DNA of 64,000 nt from Candidatus Poribacteria bacterium (GCA_965218095.1 OZ244587.1:4288001-4352000), one strand, 5' to 3'; numbered from the stretch's first letter, positions 1 through 10,841 are shown. Notes: generated from the sequence alone by a model not told the origin. Numbers and translations: made by a program.

Positions 1-18
1 ATGCATGAAGGAGGGACG

Positions 19-1035
19 ATGAGCAAGCCTAAGATTTTATACGTGCCCACATCGGGGCACACTGAAAACGTCTTCAAACCGGAAGTTTTCGCACGATTTC
101 AAGACCGGTTTGATGTAACCTTGAACGAAACCGGTTCAAACTATATGAGTGACCAGATTGCCGAACTTATTGGCGGGTTCGATGGCGTTGTGACCGGTTG
201 GGGAACCTCACCGATAACTGAAAAGGTGATGCAGCATGCAGATGCGCTCCGAATCATCGCCCATTCAGCAGGTTCGGTGAAGCGGCTCGTCGGCGAGGTT
301 TTCGATAAATACATCGTGCCGCGCCGGCTCTGTGTATTCAGCGCCAACGAAGCCATCGCTTACAATGTCGCTGAATACACAATTGGCGCGCTGATTATGA
401 CCACCCGCCGATGGGTTGACTTTATTGCACACACCCGATCGGGGAAATGGAATCCCAGCGAAGTGGCATCGAAAGTGAACTCCTTACGTGGAAGTGTCGT
501 CGGTATCGTCTCGGCAAGCAAAGTCGGACGAGAGGTGATTAAGCTCTTGGATCCCTTCAACGTGACGATATTGATCTACGATCCGTACCTTTCAGATTGG
601 GAGGCGGGAAATCTCGGTGTGGAGAAGGTTGTGCTCAATGCTCTCTTTTCCAGATCTGACCTTGTTACTGTTCATGCACCAAGCATCCCCGAAACGAACA
701 AGATGATCGGTGCGGAACAACTGAAACTGCTTCGGGATGGGACGACACTGGTCAACACTTCGCGGGGCAGCGTTATCGACCATGATGCGTTGCTGGCGGA
801 AGCGCGTACAGGTCGTATTCTCATTACCCTTGATGTCACGACCCCGGAGCCCTTGCCACCGGATAGCCCATTTCGGGGGTTGCCGAATGTTTTCGTCACG
901 CCTCATGTTTCCGGCCCCGGCGCTTACGGCTACGCCAAAATCGGTGAGATGACGCTCGCAGCTCTGGAGGATTTCTTCGCAGGTAGACTTGTCGTTGGCG
1001 CCGTCGATTTCGACAGGTTCAGTCTACTGGCATAA
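19..1035 (+). CDS. D-isomer specific 2-hydroxyacid dehydrogenase (SerA/GhrB-like)
   Basis: Motifs HSAGSV, NTSRG, LDVTTPEP and TPHVSG; GGAGG RBS before ATG19. Confidence 0.9.
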   Translation: MSKPKILYVPTSGHTENVFKPEVFARFQDRFDVTLNETGSNYMSDQIAELIGGFDGVVTGWGTSPITEKVMQHADALRIIAHSAGSVKRLVGEVFDKYIVPRRLCVFSANEAIAYNVAEYTIGALIMTTRRWVDFIAHTRSGKWNPSEVASKVNSLRGSVVGIVSASKVGREVIKLLDPFNVTILIYDPYLSDWEAGNLGVEKVVLNALFSRSDLVTVHAPSIPETNKMIGAEQLKLLRDGTTLVNTSRGSVIDHDALLAEARTGRILITLDVTTPEPLPPDSPFRGLPNVFVTPHVSGPGAYGYAKIGEMTLAALEDFFAGRLVVGAVDFDRFSLLA

Positions 1036-1092
1036 TTCTCACTTTCCGCTTGTCGAAAAAATGCTGTCAACGCCATAGTTTCCATAAACCGA

Positions 1093-1119
1093 GAGTTTTT
1101 GCACCAAACGGTGCAACTC
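1093..1119. promoter_or_regulatory. Inverted repeat, candidate enhancer for a sigma54 activator
   Basis: TTGCACC-AAAC-GGTGCAA, resembling the NtrC box TGCACC-N5-GGTGCA (N4 here), about 100 bp upstream of a sigma54 promoter. Confidence 0.4.
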
Positions 1120-1211
1120 AAAATCGCCGCCCTAAACCGATCTGGGCATTGGTGTGTCCCACCTACAATAGAGAATCCCTGATTTTTGGGGATTTTCCGG
1201 TTATGAGATGA

Positions 1212-1227
1212 TGGCATATAAATTGCG
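1212..1227 (+). promoter_or_regulatory. sigma54 -24/-12 promoter
   Basis: TGGCATATAAATTGCG fits TGGCA-N6-TTGC with exact GG-N10-GC spacing. Confidence 0.7.
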
Positions 1228-1333
1228 CTTAATCCGCACATCAGGATGCACAGGCTTTTGCATCACACGTGAGATGATGCAAGGGGTTGTCCAATCAAAA
1301 TACAAACTTAAATTCAATTGTTGGAGGTAACAA

Positions 1334-2818
1334 ATGAGTGCCAAGCAAACTTCAGGAGCTTTCATGACTTCGTTGATTCTTCACGGAATCGCGGCGTTCA
1401 TTGCGGGTGTATATCTCGTCACCCAGACACAGCAGTTCAAAGATCTCGTTGGGGCTGAAGTCCTTCAAGCGAAGGAACCCCCCAAACCCCAGGTGCGTAA
1501 ACCGGTCATCAAGCCTGTTGTCAAGCCAACGGTTCCGACCACGAGTACCGTCGTTGTTGAGCAAGTTCAAGTTCAGCCAAGAGTAACGACGGCGGCTGTT
1601 GTTCGTCCCACCTCTGTCCAACCGCAGACGGTGCTTGAATTCTCGAATAAAGTTGTTAAGCTCAATGCACCCATCAATCCCAATATTCCGAAGGTAGTCA
1701 ACCCCAATGTTCCGGTACCGCAGGTGGTGACGCACGCTGATCTGCCTGTTTCCGATGCGCCAGGTGCGCTGGCATTTTCCGCTCCCGTTGCGACAGCTCC
1801 AAGCGCTGCGCCGGCGAACATCGGTCGTGGTATTGGCGGTATCGTGCAGGTAAAGGTTGCTTTCGAGCGTCCGGCGGGGCTTGCGATGGTCGAGCATGTC
1901 GGGGCAACCCGCGACGCCTTGAGTGATGTGGTTGAGAACATCACACTGGGTAATGTTGAAGTGCCGCCGCTGCCGCGTGGTGAACCGGGTGGTACAGTGA
2001 TTGGCAAAGGTCGTGACATTCGTGGGGTGTTTCGCTTCACGCGCGTGCGCCACGCCCTTTCTGACTGGTGGGCGGATGCGTCTTCACTGAACGCATGGAC
2101 CAAGTGGCTCAATGAACGGACGAAGATCAAAACCGACATGAACGTTGAAGGCGGCGCGCTCAAATTGACCGACGCCAACCTGCAGAAATGCCCGTTGGTC
2201 TTCATGACAGGACACGATCCCGCAATGGCCAAGGGACACAACTTGTTTAATCGTGGCGGCGGTGGCGGCGGTCAAAAGATTGAGAGCAAACTTCCCGAGG
2301 CAGACGCCGCTGCATTGCGAAGATATCTTGTTGAAAAAGGTGGTTTCCTCGTCTTTGACGACTGCGGTGTGAACGCGGCGTCCCAAGGCATGCCCCGCTT
2401 GTTCCTCGCTCAGATGCGATATGTGATGCCGGAATATCAGGTGATGCGTATTCCCAACGACCACGAAGTCTACAATAACTTCTATGAAATGGGTGGACCG
2501 CCGATTGGGTTTGATATCTTCTGGTTTGGCAGCCGCCCGCCCAAGCGGAATTTCCTTGAAGGTGTTTCGATAGGTGATAATCTTTCGGTCCTGCTTGTTC
2601 GTCGTGACTATATGTGTTCGATGGAGTCGGTTAGCTTGCCCACCCGTTCCATTAAATACTCCCCCGGTGTCTATCGTTTCATGACCAATGTTGCGGTTTA
2701 CGCGCTGACACACGGTTCAATTTCAGATTACTCCGGTTATGTGCCAGAAGATCGGATAGCAAAGCAGAATCTGCCGACCAGGGCGCCAGAAGCTGCGAAA
2801 ATTGGGGCTGTTGAATAA
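1334..2818 (+). CDS. DUF4159-domain protein with TonB-like N-terminal anchor and Pro/Val-rich linker
   Basis: TM with SxxxH (SLILH), Pro-rich linker, C-terminal FMTGH / GGFLVFDDC / IPNDHEVY motifs. Confidence 0.8.
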   Translation: MSAKQTSGAFMTSLILHGIAAFIAGVYLVTQTQQFKDLVGAEVLQAKEPPKPQVRKPVIKPVVKPTVPTTSTVVVEQVQVQPRVTTAAVVRPTSVQPQTVLEFSNKVVKLNAPINPNIPKVVNPNVPVPQVVTHADLPVSDAPGALAFSAPVATAPSAAPANIGRGIGGIVQVKVAFERPAGLAMVEHVGATRDALSDVVENITLGNVEVPPLPRGEPGGTVIGKGRDIRGVFRFTRVRHALSDWWADASSLNAWTKWLNERTKIKTDMNVEGGALKLTDANLQKCPLVFMTGHDPAMAKGHNLFNRGGGGGGQKIESKLPEADAAALRRYLVEKGGFLVFDDCGVNAASQGMPRLFLAQMRYVMPEYQVMRIPNDHEVYNNFYEMGGPPIGFDIFWFGSRPPKRNFLEGVSIGDNLSVLLVRRDYMCSMESVSLPTRSIKYSPGVYRFMTNVAVYALTHGSISDYSGYVPEDRIAKQNLPTRAPEAAKIGAVE

Positions 2819-2852
2819 AGTCTGCTGATTCGGACAAGCCCTTGAATCAATC

Positions 2853-2895
2853 GAGCAAAAAAAGCAGCCAATTGTTTGGCTGCTTTTTTGTGCTC
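2853..2895. terminator. Bidirectional intrinsic terminator
   Basis: AAAAAAAGCAGCCAA-ttgt-TTGGCTGCTTTTTT between convergent genes. Confidence 0.85.
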
Positions 2896-2970
2896 ATTAT
2901 CCTTGAAAAGGTTCCAAACCCTTTCAAAGTTACGGCAGCGCATCTGTCCAAAAACTTCTGCCTTGAAGCA

Positions 2971-4434
2971 CTACTCCGTTGATGGCACTCCCTCTGCCAA
3001 GCCCGCATAGACTTTCCGTCCTTCGTGGAAAAGGTGCAGAACCTCTTCCCGCTGTTCATCTTTTGTGAACGTGCCAATCCGACGGATCCAATCCATTGAA
3101 TCGTCAATTGAACGGACAAAAAACGCTGCGGACTCCTGTGAGACTCTGTCCGGGCGTCCTGTGCCGATATAGACTGGGCTGGTGTGTGCATAGATTGCCT
3201 GTGCAAAGCTATCCCGCGCACCGCCATAGGCGCGTGCAGCAATCCAGCTATCCATCTCGATCTTGATATCAAATGCCCATTTCCCAGTCCGCACTGATAC
3301 CTCATTGAATTCCTTACATTGTGCGACACGGCCGTTGTGGATTAACTCCAGGCAATTGATTGGATAGTGCGAATCCCACGAGATCTCCCCCGATATTTTG
3401 CGAGGCGTGCCATTGGGTGAGTCGATCCATCCACCGGGCATTTTCCCATCAATATTCAGAAACAGCGCAGGGCCGTTCGTGATGAACGTATTGCCCGCCT
3501 GTAAGCCTTTCAACCAGTTCTCATAAGTAAACCCTTGATCAGTCTGAACATAGACGCGGTTGTTTGAGCAGATGAACCAATCCGTCCCGGTTGATGCAGG
3601 GAGCGGAATACCGCAGTTGAGAAGGTGATACCAGATGTCGTATTCCGGATCCATCCAGTAAGGATCAAAGAGGTTGAAGGCGTCCAGCTTGCCCAACGCC
3701 GCTGCTACGGGCGCCTCCATCCCGATTCCGTTGTGGCACCACAGAACGATTCCTCCTTGCCGTTTTGCGTCATCGCAGGCGTAGCAGAGCGGCGGATAAT
3801 CCGGATCGAAATCGCTGACGAGATCGCCGCGGCTGACAGGCTCAACCAGGTTTCGGATGCGCAAAAGCATGATATGCCCATAAGCCATGCCACCCCGGCG
3901 GTAATTGTGCCGATTCTCCTCACCAGAATCTACGAGATGATGTGCCGTTGAATAGTCGGTCATGAATCCGATCGGATACTTATTGCTTGCGTAAGGCAAC
4001 TCGCGCCGCTGAAGGATGCTGATTACTGTCACACTCAGATCGTGGACTTTCGGATCCAGTCGCAGCCGCTCGTCCGGACGAGCTTCCTTCTCACTGTAGT
4101 GCAAGTGCGTATTCCCCGGGTACCAGTGCTGTGATGGGAGGTCCGTCCACCGTTTCAGGTGTAACTCGACCTCAACAGAACCCTTTTGGGGCATTAAGAC
4201 AACTTTGCGCAAGGGTTCGTACTCCGTTCCCCGTTCGACAATGATATCTGTCGAACCCCGCGGGACATTGACGGTAAACTTCCCTGAGCTGTAGAAAAAT
4301 GGATCGCCCGGCCCAACTTTCAAAATGCTGTCAGCAGGATGGACAAAACTCCCGTTGCTTGTCAACACGTGGACTTTTGCCTCGACAAGTTCCCCTGAAA
4401 CGCTATCCCGGATGATGCCGTGTAGTGTTCCCAT
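2971..4434 (-). CDS. CehA/McbA-family (PHP-like) metallohydrolase
   Basis: GNTHLH, WCHNG, WYHLLNCG, ASTGTD and TFITNGP motifs; N-terminal carboxypeptidase-regulatory-like region. Confidence 0.8.
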   Translation of the reverse strand: MGTLHGIIRDSVSGELVEAKVHVLTSNGSFVHPADSILKVGPGDPFFYSSGKFTVNVPRGSTDIIVERGTEYEPLRKVVLMPQKGSVEVELHLKRWTDLPSQHWYPGNTHLHYSEKEARPDERLRLDPKVHDLSVTVISILQRRELPYASNKYPIGFMTDYSTAHHLVDSGEENRHNYRRGGMAYGHIMLLRIRNLVEPVSRGDLVSDFDPDYPPLCYACDDAKRQGGIVLWCHNGIGMEAPVAAALGKLDAFNLFDPYWMDPEYDIWYHLLNCGIPLPASTGTDWFICSNNRVYVQTDQGFTYENWLKGLQAGNTFITNGPALFLNIDGKMPGGWIDSPNGTPRKISGEISWDSHYPINCLELIHNGRVAQCKEFNEVSVRTGKWAFDIKIEMDSWIAARAYGGARDSFAQAIYAHTSPVYIGTGRPDRVSQESAAFFVRSIDDSMDWIRRIGTFTKDEQREEVLHLFHEGRKVYAGLAEGVPSTE

Positions 4435-4710
4435 GGAATTCCTCCTTCAGTATCGGTAATCTTCAAACTTGCTCATTCGTGGAGTACTGATTATAGCATT
4501 ACGCACCATTTCGGTCAAGCTGTGGTTAACGCGATTTTTGAAGTAAGTGCAACCTTTTCCTCATTCATGCATTCTACGTCCTAATCCAACTGTCGAGGGC
4601 CGGGATGCACCTATCAGACCAGGAATTGATGCTCCGCTATCGTGTAGAAAGCGAATCGCGTTCATCGGACGTGTCGTCGATCATGGGTGGTGGCGTGTTC
4701 AGGTGAAACG

Positions 4711-5518
4711 TTAGACTGAGTTTTTACGCACCTTGATGAGGGCACATACGCGATCGACGTCAACTTCGTTCGTTGTCACGCCATCGTGTTTGATTGATGT
4801 GCCGACGATGACGCCATCGGCATACTGCAAGATTTGGCTGAGGTTGTCGATGGTCACACCGCTTCCAGCGAAGACACTGGCTTGAGGAACTGCAGCTTTT
4901 ACAGTTCGCAGTTGATTGAGATCTGTGCCTTTACCCGTTGCGGTACCTGTCACGATCAGGACATCGGCAAGCCCACGATGATTAGGTATCCTCCGCACTC
5001 GCGAGGACATCCATTGGCGCAAGCGGCACGGCGTGTTTGACGGCGACATCGGCGAAAATTTTAACCTCGCTTCTGAGGGTCGATCGGTAGCGCAGGGTTT
5101 CATGCGCCCTTCCTTGTATAATGCCCTGATCGGTGAGCATTGCGCCGGTATGCACGTTTACGCGGATAAAATTTGCGCCTGAGACCGTCGCAATTGCCAT
5201 CGCCAATTTTGCGTCATTGCGCAGGACGTTGAGCCCAATCGGTATCTGCGGATAGTGTTCACGCATCCCGTTCGCAATGACTGTCAACCCCGCAACAATA
5301 TGGAGTTCCACGCAATCTGGAAAGAACGGCACATCGCCGTAATTCTCAATGATAACCCCGTTGATGCCATTGTTGATCAGCGTCCCTGCATCTGACAGCG
5401 CACGCGTGCAAATCTCACTGAAAAGGAGTGTTGAGCCGGGACTGCCAATCAGTGGGGGCAGATGAATCACGCCGATGATCGGTTTGGGATGACTGAAAAG
5501 GTGATTAATTCCTTGCAT
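4711..5518 (-). pseudogene. BtpA/SgcQ family protein, +1 frameshift near 4982
   Basis: IIENYGDVPF and GLNVLRND in one frame, ADVLIVTG...ADGVIVGTS in another; extra A in acc-taat-cat. Confidence 0.8.
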
Positions 5519-5553
5519 ATTGGCACTTCAAAACGGGGTTATCCATTGTGCGG

Positions 5554-5990
5554 TTATTCCGCTTCGGGCGGGTGCTCACCGGCAGCGCGGAGTACCCGTC
5601 GTAAGTTGAGCAGTTCGGAACGGTTCAGGTGTAGCTCTGCCGGCGCTCTGCCCGTCATGGTTTGCGCAACGATGCCGATAAAGTTCTCACTCCACGCAAA
5701 GTGCCTCGACCACCGTTGGCGGCGCGGGTTAAATAGCGAAACTCGACGCCCTGTCTGCGGGTCGCGGGCGTGAGTTTTGGTGTATTTATGAGCATTGCAC
5801 CACGGACACGCCCCCGCCAAATTGTCCAATGTCGTCTCTCCGCCAGCATTTCAGGGGCGGATATGTTCGCAGTGAAAGGCAGCATTGGTGAAATGGGAAG
5901 GGCAGCGACAGTATTCGCAAAGCCCAAAGGCACGCTCACTCACCTGACGACGGAGTACGACGGGAACGAACACGCTCAGAAGTCATCGTT
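5554..5990 (-). pseudogene. HNH endonuclease, frameshifted
   Basis: CEYC in the upstream frame; NLAGACPWCNAHK and LFNPRRQRWSRHF downstream. Confidence 0.75.
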
Positions 5991-6049
5991 TTCGCCTTTC
6001 AAGCCGAGCTCTGTCATGATGCCCCGCAATGTTGTCCCGCGCCGTTGTG

Positions 6050-7226
6050 CTAAAGTGTTGAGTGCTTCGAGGTGCTTGAGTTTCGCGCCTCTAACTGTTG
6101 GAGCAGCGACTGATACTCCGCGAATTCACATTCGATCAACGCTTTGTCCTCGCACTTGCAGCGCAACCGCTCATAGCGTCGTTGCTGTTCAGCAATGGGC
6201 AGACGAGAGTTTTCCTTAATTTCCGCTAACAACACTGATTCCTCTGCTGCCCCGTTCTGCTCCTGCCATTCGGTGAATTTCCATGTGAATTCGCGTAACT
6301 CGGCGGACGATAATTGCTTAATCGCATTGAGCAAGTGTTCTACGGTCAATTTCATTTACCCCCAGTTTTTCAAGGAGCGTGAGTTGACGGGGTTTGACGT
6401 GCTATATCGGTGAGAAACATTGAGAATAACTGACCGACACGATATCTCCGCTGCAAATCGGTAGCGAGAAAAAGGGAGAAAGACAGAAGCCAACCCACGC
6501 CTGAGATACAACGCGCTTTATCACCGTTATCAGCGAATCGGTCTTTATCTTGGTATTGAACGCTTTTGCCCATCAATAGCCCGACTTCTGATAAGTGATA
6601 AAGAGCAATCCGTAAGCAAGACACCCCAACAGCCATAAGAGGTTGATGCGGGATTTTGTCGGTCGTTTGAGCACAAGACTTCCAAATCCAAAGCGACTCT
6701 TGATGTCTCTAAATCCGTGTTCAATCTGCATTCTTCGCTTATAGCAGCTATATATTTCCAATCCGCTGAGGCGGTTTGAAATCAGATACATCGAGTCAAA
6801 GAAACGCTCATCGATGACGATATAGAAGTGAAGTCGAATCTGCTCGGTTCTGTGGTAGAGAATCTGCGGGTAAAAACCGGTTGAATCCATCTGTTTCAGC
6901 GTTTTGACAACGCTCGAATCCAACGTTGCTTATTACGCGCATCACAAACGGAATCTGGTGCACTTTGAGGCACTTTATCACATACTTAGCGCGGGCAAAG
7001 CCACGGTCAAATATCAACATCGGCTCACGCCTTTTGGGGGTGTTTTCCTTTCATAATACCTCCTTGCTTAAAACGGTGCTTGTTTTTAGTAAGGAGGTAT
7101 TTTACCACAGTTGACAATCCTTTCTCACACCTATCGCTGACAAAACCGCCCATGATGCGCCCCCATTAAAAACTGGGGGCAAATGAATTCTACGGTCAAT
7201 TGGGCGGGCACTTCTACAATCGGCAT
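6050..7226 (-). pseudogene. Hypothetical helical protein upstream of the HNH gene, interrupted by an IS4-family remnant
   Basis: Original start MPIVEVPAQLTVE at 7226 with RBS continues as LTVEHLLNA after the IS. Confidence 0.65.
6351..7187 (-). mobile_element. Internally deleted IS4-family element
   Basis: 20-bp TIRs TTCATTT(A/G)CCCCCAGTTTTT; 13-bp TSD TTCTACGGTCAAT at 6338-6350 and 7188-7200; transposase fragments LIFDRGF and YKRRMQIEHGFRDIK (YREK-type). Confidence 0.85.
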
Positions 7227-7380
7227 TTCAATTTCCCCTTTCCACTGTGTGTTTTTTGCAATGCTCTATTGACGAAAAACCTTGCTTCAAACCTTCGCAA
7301 GACTCACAATCCTAATTTAACCAGATTACTGTAGCATGCGCTATGCAAGAGCAACCCTGCCTTTGGGCGTCATCGTAACA

Positions 7381-9273
7381 CTACCTTTTCTGTATTCCGC
7401 TTCCTTCGATGATCACAACCCGCTGGTTCGCCTGGATATTTGTAAATCGTTCGGCATTTCCACTCAACCAGACCACTTCAAGCCAATCGACTATCTCATG
7501 CTGTCCTAATCCAAACTCGGCGATTAGGCTATTAAAAGATAAATAGCTTATACCGGCGTTGATTTCACGAAGCTGGATCAGATCGCCTGCTTTGAGCCGG
7601 ATCTTCGCACCGACAGCGTCACGGTTGCGCTTTGTGCCGGTCAGCTTCACATGCAGCCAGTTGTTGCGGTTGCCCCCATCGTTCCGTAATAAAACGGCGC
7701 GATCATGGTTGTTGATGATTACGATATCGACATCGCCGTCGTTATCGTAATCTCCAAACGCGACGCCACGCCCAACTCGTGGCGGCAGTGAGGCGATGCC
7801 GGCGATTTCGGTCGTATCAGTAAAAACGCCGTCTCCATTGTTGCGAAAAAGTTGATCTTTCTGGGCAACCAGTTTCTCACGCTGATTGAGATACGGATAC
7901 GTGTGTCCGTTGGCGACAAAAATATCGAGATGACCATCGTTGTCGTAATCGAAGAAATCCGTTCCCCAGCCGACATAGTGGATGCTTTCCTCACCAAGAA
8001 ACGCGGTGTACGATTCATCAACCAGGCGGATAGGCCTCACGCCATTCGGCCCCACTAAAACAGGGGAAAGAGACTCCTTTCGCCGCTTCGGGGTGGGATT
8101 GTCAATTGCGCTTTCTTCCTGCCACAAATTACTGTAAAGCGCATTTTCCTGATCCATCCAGTGGCTGATAAAGAAATCCACATCCCCATCCCTGTCGTAA
8201 TCCCCCACTCCCAGCCCCATCGATCCACGAACATCCGCCGCCCACGAGTCATCGCTCACATTCGTGAATGTCCCATTCCCAGTGTTGCGATACAGGGTGT
8301 TAGGAGAGAGATCGTTTGCAATATAAAGATCCAGATCGCCATCGAGATCAAAGTCCGTAAAGATGGCTTGAAAACTCCTCCCGCCTTCGGATTTGACGCG
8401 CAGATCGGCGGAGACATCGGTAAATGTGCCATTTCCGTTGTTACGATAAAGCACGTTGTCTTGAGGGGCAAAGACAACAGGGTTTAACGCGCTCGGAACA
8501 TATTGACCATACTGCTTCGACTTTTCCTGTACGGCGGCTAGCTTGCTGAGATCATATTCGATATAGTTCGGCACATAGAGATCGAGGTCGCCATCGTTAT
8601 CATAATCCGCGAATGCAGCGCCGGTGCTCCACCGCGCATCGCCGACCCCCGCGTCCGTTGTGACATCGGTAAAGATCCCATCCCCGTTATTGCGATACAT
8701 GACATTTGGACCGTAGTTGGTGACGTAGAGATCCAGATCGCCATCGTTATCGTAATCTCCAAAAACGCAACCCATGCCGAAACCTTTATCACCGATGCCG
8801 GCGCTTGCGGTGACATCAGTGAAGGTCCCTTCTCCGTTGTTGCGGTAAAGCACATTGCCGGGTGATGACTCCGTAATTGCCATGTAGAGTGGGCCCGGGT
8901 TGTTGACAATGTAGAGATCCAAATCCCCGTCATTATCGTAGTCAGCGAAGGCTGCTCCCGATCCGATATCTTCTGGATACAATCCTACCTCCGTTTTTTC
9001 TAATGACCGGAGACCACGCGAGTGGACGAAGTGAATTCCTGCTGATGCAGTGACATCTTTGAAAATGACGGTGTTCCCGGGGGAATCTGAATCTTGGGCG
9101 ACAATCGGTGTGGAGACGCAGAACGTTAGAATCAACAGAATTGCGCAGATCCAACGAAGGGGGTTGATAGCGGCGGCAACCAATTCCGCCTGGGGCGGCT
9201 CGAAACGCCCACGCTGACGACGGTCTCTGATTCCGCCATATCGAATCACGATAACTTTCAACTTTTCTGGCAT
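7381..9273 (-). CDS. CRTAC1/ASPIC-UnbV family FG-GAP repeat protein
   Basis: Many DYDNDGDLDLY repeats; C-terminal NRDAVGAKI...FGLG; start set at MPEK with RBS. Confidence 0.9.
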   Translation of the reverse strand: MPEKLKVIVIRYGGIRDRRQRGRFEPPQAELVAAAINPLRWICAILLILTFCVSTPIVAQDSDSPGNTVIFKDVTASAGIHFVHSRGLRSLEKTEVGLYPEDIGSGAAFADYDNDGDLDLYIVNNPGPLYMAITESSPGNVLYRNNGEGTFTDVTASAGIGDKGFGMGCVFGDYDNDGDLDLYVTNYGPNVMYRNNGDGIFTDVTTDAGVGDARWSTGAAFADYDNDGDLDLYVPNYIEYDLSKLAAVQEKSKQYGQYVPSALNPVVFAPQDNVLYRNNGNGTFTDVSADLRVKSEGGRSFQAIFTDFDLDGDLDLYIANDLSPNTLYRNTGNGTFTNVSDDSWAADVRGSMGLGVGDYDRDGDVDFFISHWMDQENALYSNLWQEESAIDNPTPKRRKESLSPVLVGPNGVRPIRLVDESYTAFLGEESIHYVGWGTDFFDYDNDGHLDIFVANGHTYPYLNQREKLVAQKDQLFRNNGDGVFTDTTEIAGIASLPPRVGRGVAFGDYDNDGDVDIVIINNHDRAVLLRNDGGNRNNWLHVKLTGTKRNRDAVGAKIRLKAGDLIQLREINAGISYLSFNSLIAEFGLGQHEIVDWLEVVWLSGNAERFTNIQANQRVVIIEGSGIQKR

Positions 9274-9316
9274 TTCTAATTCCTTCGGTTTGAGTAAGGA
9301 AATTCGCCCAATTCCT

Positions 9317-9535
9317 TTATTCCAATCGAATCCGCAGATCAACCAGCGTATAACTGATGTCCGTCAATAGCAAGCCCACGATATACAGAACCGAGCCCAG
9401 ATAAACCATATTGCGGACAATCGCAAAATCTTGTGCGTTGATAGCGTCGGTGGTAAAACTGCCGAGCCCTGGAATCGCGAAGAAGTTTTCCATGACAAGG
9501 CTGCCCATGAAGAGGAACGGAATTGCCAATACCAC
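9317..9535 (-). pseudogene. C-terminal fragment of an OppB/DppB ABC permease
   Basis: ENFFAIPGLG...DISYTLVDLRIR with no N-terminus. Confidence 0.8.
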
Positions 9536-9652
9536 ATTAGTTCATGGGTGTGTTGGTCGAATTACAGAATATCCCGAATTCGTCAGCTTTGTCAACGGAA
9601 AAGATGAAACCTTGTAAATTTTCATGCCCGGTAATCAAAGTTCCGAAAATGC

Positions 9653-9681
9653 TTGAATCAATTAACGGATTGTGATATACT
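9653..9681 (+). promoter_or_regulatory. sigma70 promoter of the BMC operon
   Basis: TTGAAT-17-TATACT with extended -10 TG. Confidence 0.6.
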
Positions 9682-9778
9682 GCTGTCACTTATTTGAGTT
9701 ATGCCTTGTGTAAGGAAGGTTCAGGCCCTTCAACAATTTCAATCGAGAATTGTGAATCCGGAGGTTACAATATCGAGT

Positions 9779-10111
9779 ATGGCAGGAGATGCTTTAGGTT
9801 TAGTTGAAACTAGAGGGTTCGTCGCAAGCGTCGAAGCGGCTGATGCAATGGTCAAAGCAGCAAATGTTCAGCTCATCGGGTATGAAAAGATCGGTGGGGG
9901 ATATGTGACGGTCATGGTCCGTGGCGACGTTGGGGCTGTCAAAGCGGCGACAGATGTTGGTGCAGAAGCAGCCGCGCGGGTCGGTGAAGTGATATCCGTC
10001 CATGTCATCCCAAGGCCGCATGCAGAAGTTGAATCGATTTTATCCTCTCAGGGACAGTCCGAGAACAATACATTATCTATTGAAGTCGCCGGGGAGGAAT
10101 CATTAAGTTAA
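9779..10111 (+). CDS. Bacterial microcompartment hexameric shell protein (BMC-H, PduA/EutM-like)
   Basis: ALGLVETRG...[11 protein letters not shown]...[11 protein letters not shown]...HVIPRPH. Confidence 0.95.
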   Translation: MAGDALGLVETRGFVASVEAADAMVKAANVQLIGYEKIGGGYVTVMVRGDVGAVKAATDVGAEAAARVGEVISVHVIPRPHAEVESILSSQGQSENNTLSIEVAGEESLS

Positions 10112-10123
10112 GGAAAATAGCGC

Positions 10124-10831
10124 ATGAATGACAAGGCACTCATTGAGCTGGTCACTCATAAAGTGCTTGAGCAATTACAACAGGGTGAGCCCTGTGGTGG
10201 CTGCGCTTTACGGATGTGCGCCGCCGGGCACCGTGCATGCGACGCCGCCGTCCAACAAAAAAAGATTCCTATCGGTGTTTCGGCAAGGCATGCCCATGTC
10301 ACCCAGAAACACCTGGAAATTCTCTACGGTAAGGGGTATCAATTGACTGTTCACGCCCCTTTATACCAACCCGCCGCTTTTGCGGCGAAAGAAACGCTAA
10401 CCATCGTTGGGCGACGTATGCGGGCTATCGAAGGGGTTCGTATCCTCGGTCCCGTGAGGGACTATTCTCAGGTCGAATTGGCACGTACCGATGCGATCCG
10501 TTTGGGACTCGATCTACCGATTCGTGATTCAGGTGATATTGCCGGTTCAGCGCCGATTGTGTTAATTGGTCCCAAGGGTTCTGTTCATTTAAAAGAAGGC
10601 GCAATCTGTGCGACACGGCATATTCACATGACCCCGCAAGATGCGGAAAGCTTAGGCGTACGTAAAGGGGATCTGTTGAAAATTCGTATTCCCGGCGAAC
10701 GGGCATTGACCTTTGAAAACATTCGCCCGAAAATATCACCGAGCTATGTGCTGCAGATGCACCTGGATACGGATGATTCCAACGCTGCTGGTCTACGTGG
10801 AGGAGAAGGCGTTGAGCTGCTGAAAGATTAG
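10124..10831 (+). CDS. pduL: Phosphate propanoyl/acetyltransferase PduL with N-terminal encapsulation peptide
   Basis: GVSARHAH, RILGPVR, RHIHM and MHLDTDD motifs. Confidence 0.92.
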   Translation: MNDKALIELVTHKVLEQLQQGEPCGGCALRMCAAGHRACDAAVQQKKIPIGVSARHAHVTQKHLEILYGKGYQLTVHAPLYQPAAFAAKETLTIVGRRMRAIEGVRILGPVRDYSQVELARTDAIRLGLDLPIRDSGDIAGSAPIVLIGPKGSVHLKEGAICATRHIHMTPQDAESLGVRKGDLLKIRIPGERALTFENIRPKISPSYVLQMHLDTDDSNAAGLRGGEGVELLKD

Positions 10832-10841
10832 GGGAATCCAA

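Noticed and set aside
1352-2713. Long antisense ORFs over the DUF4159 gene, and similar ones at 15867-16862 and 37358-38017
   Set aside because: Shadow frames of well-supported genes, with no recognisable motifs
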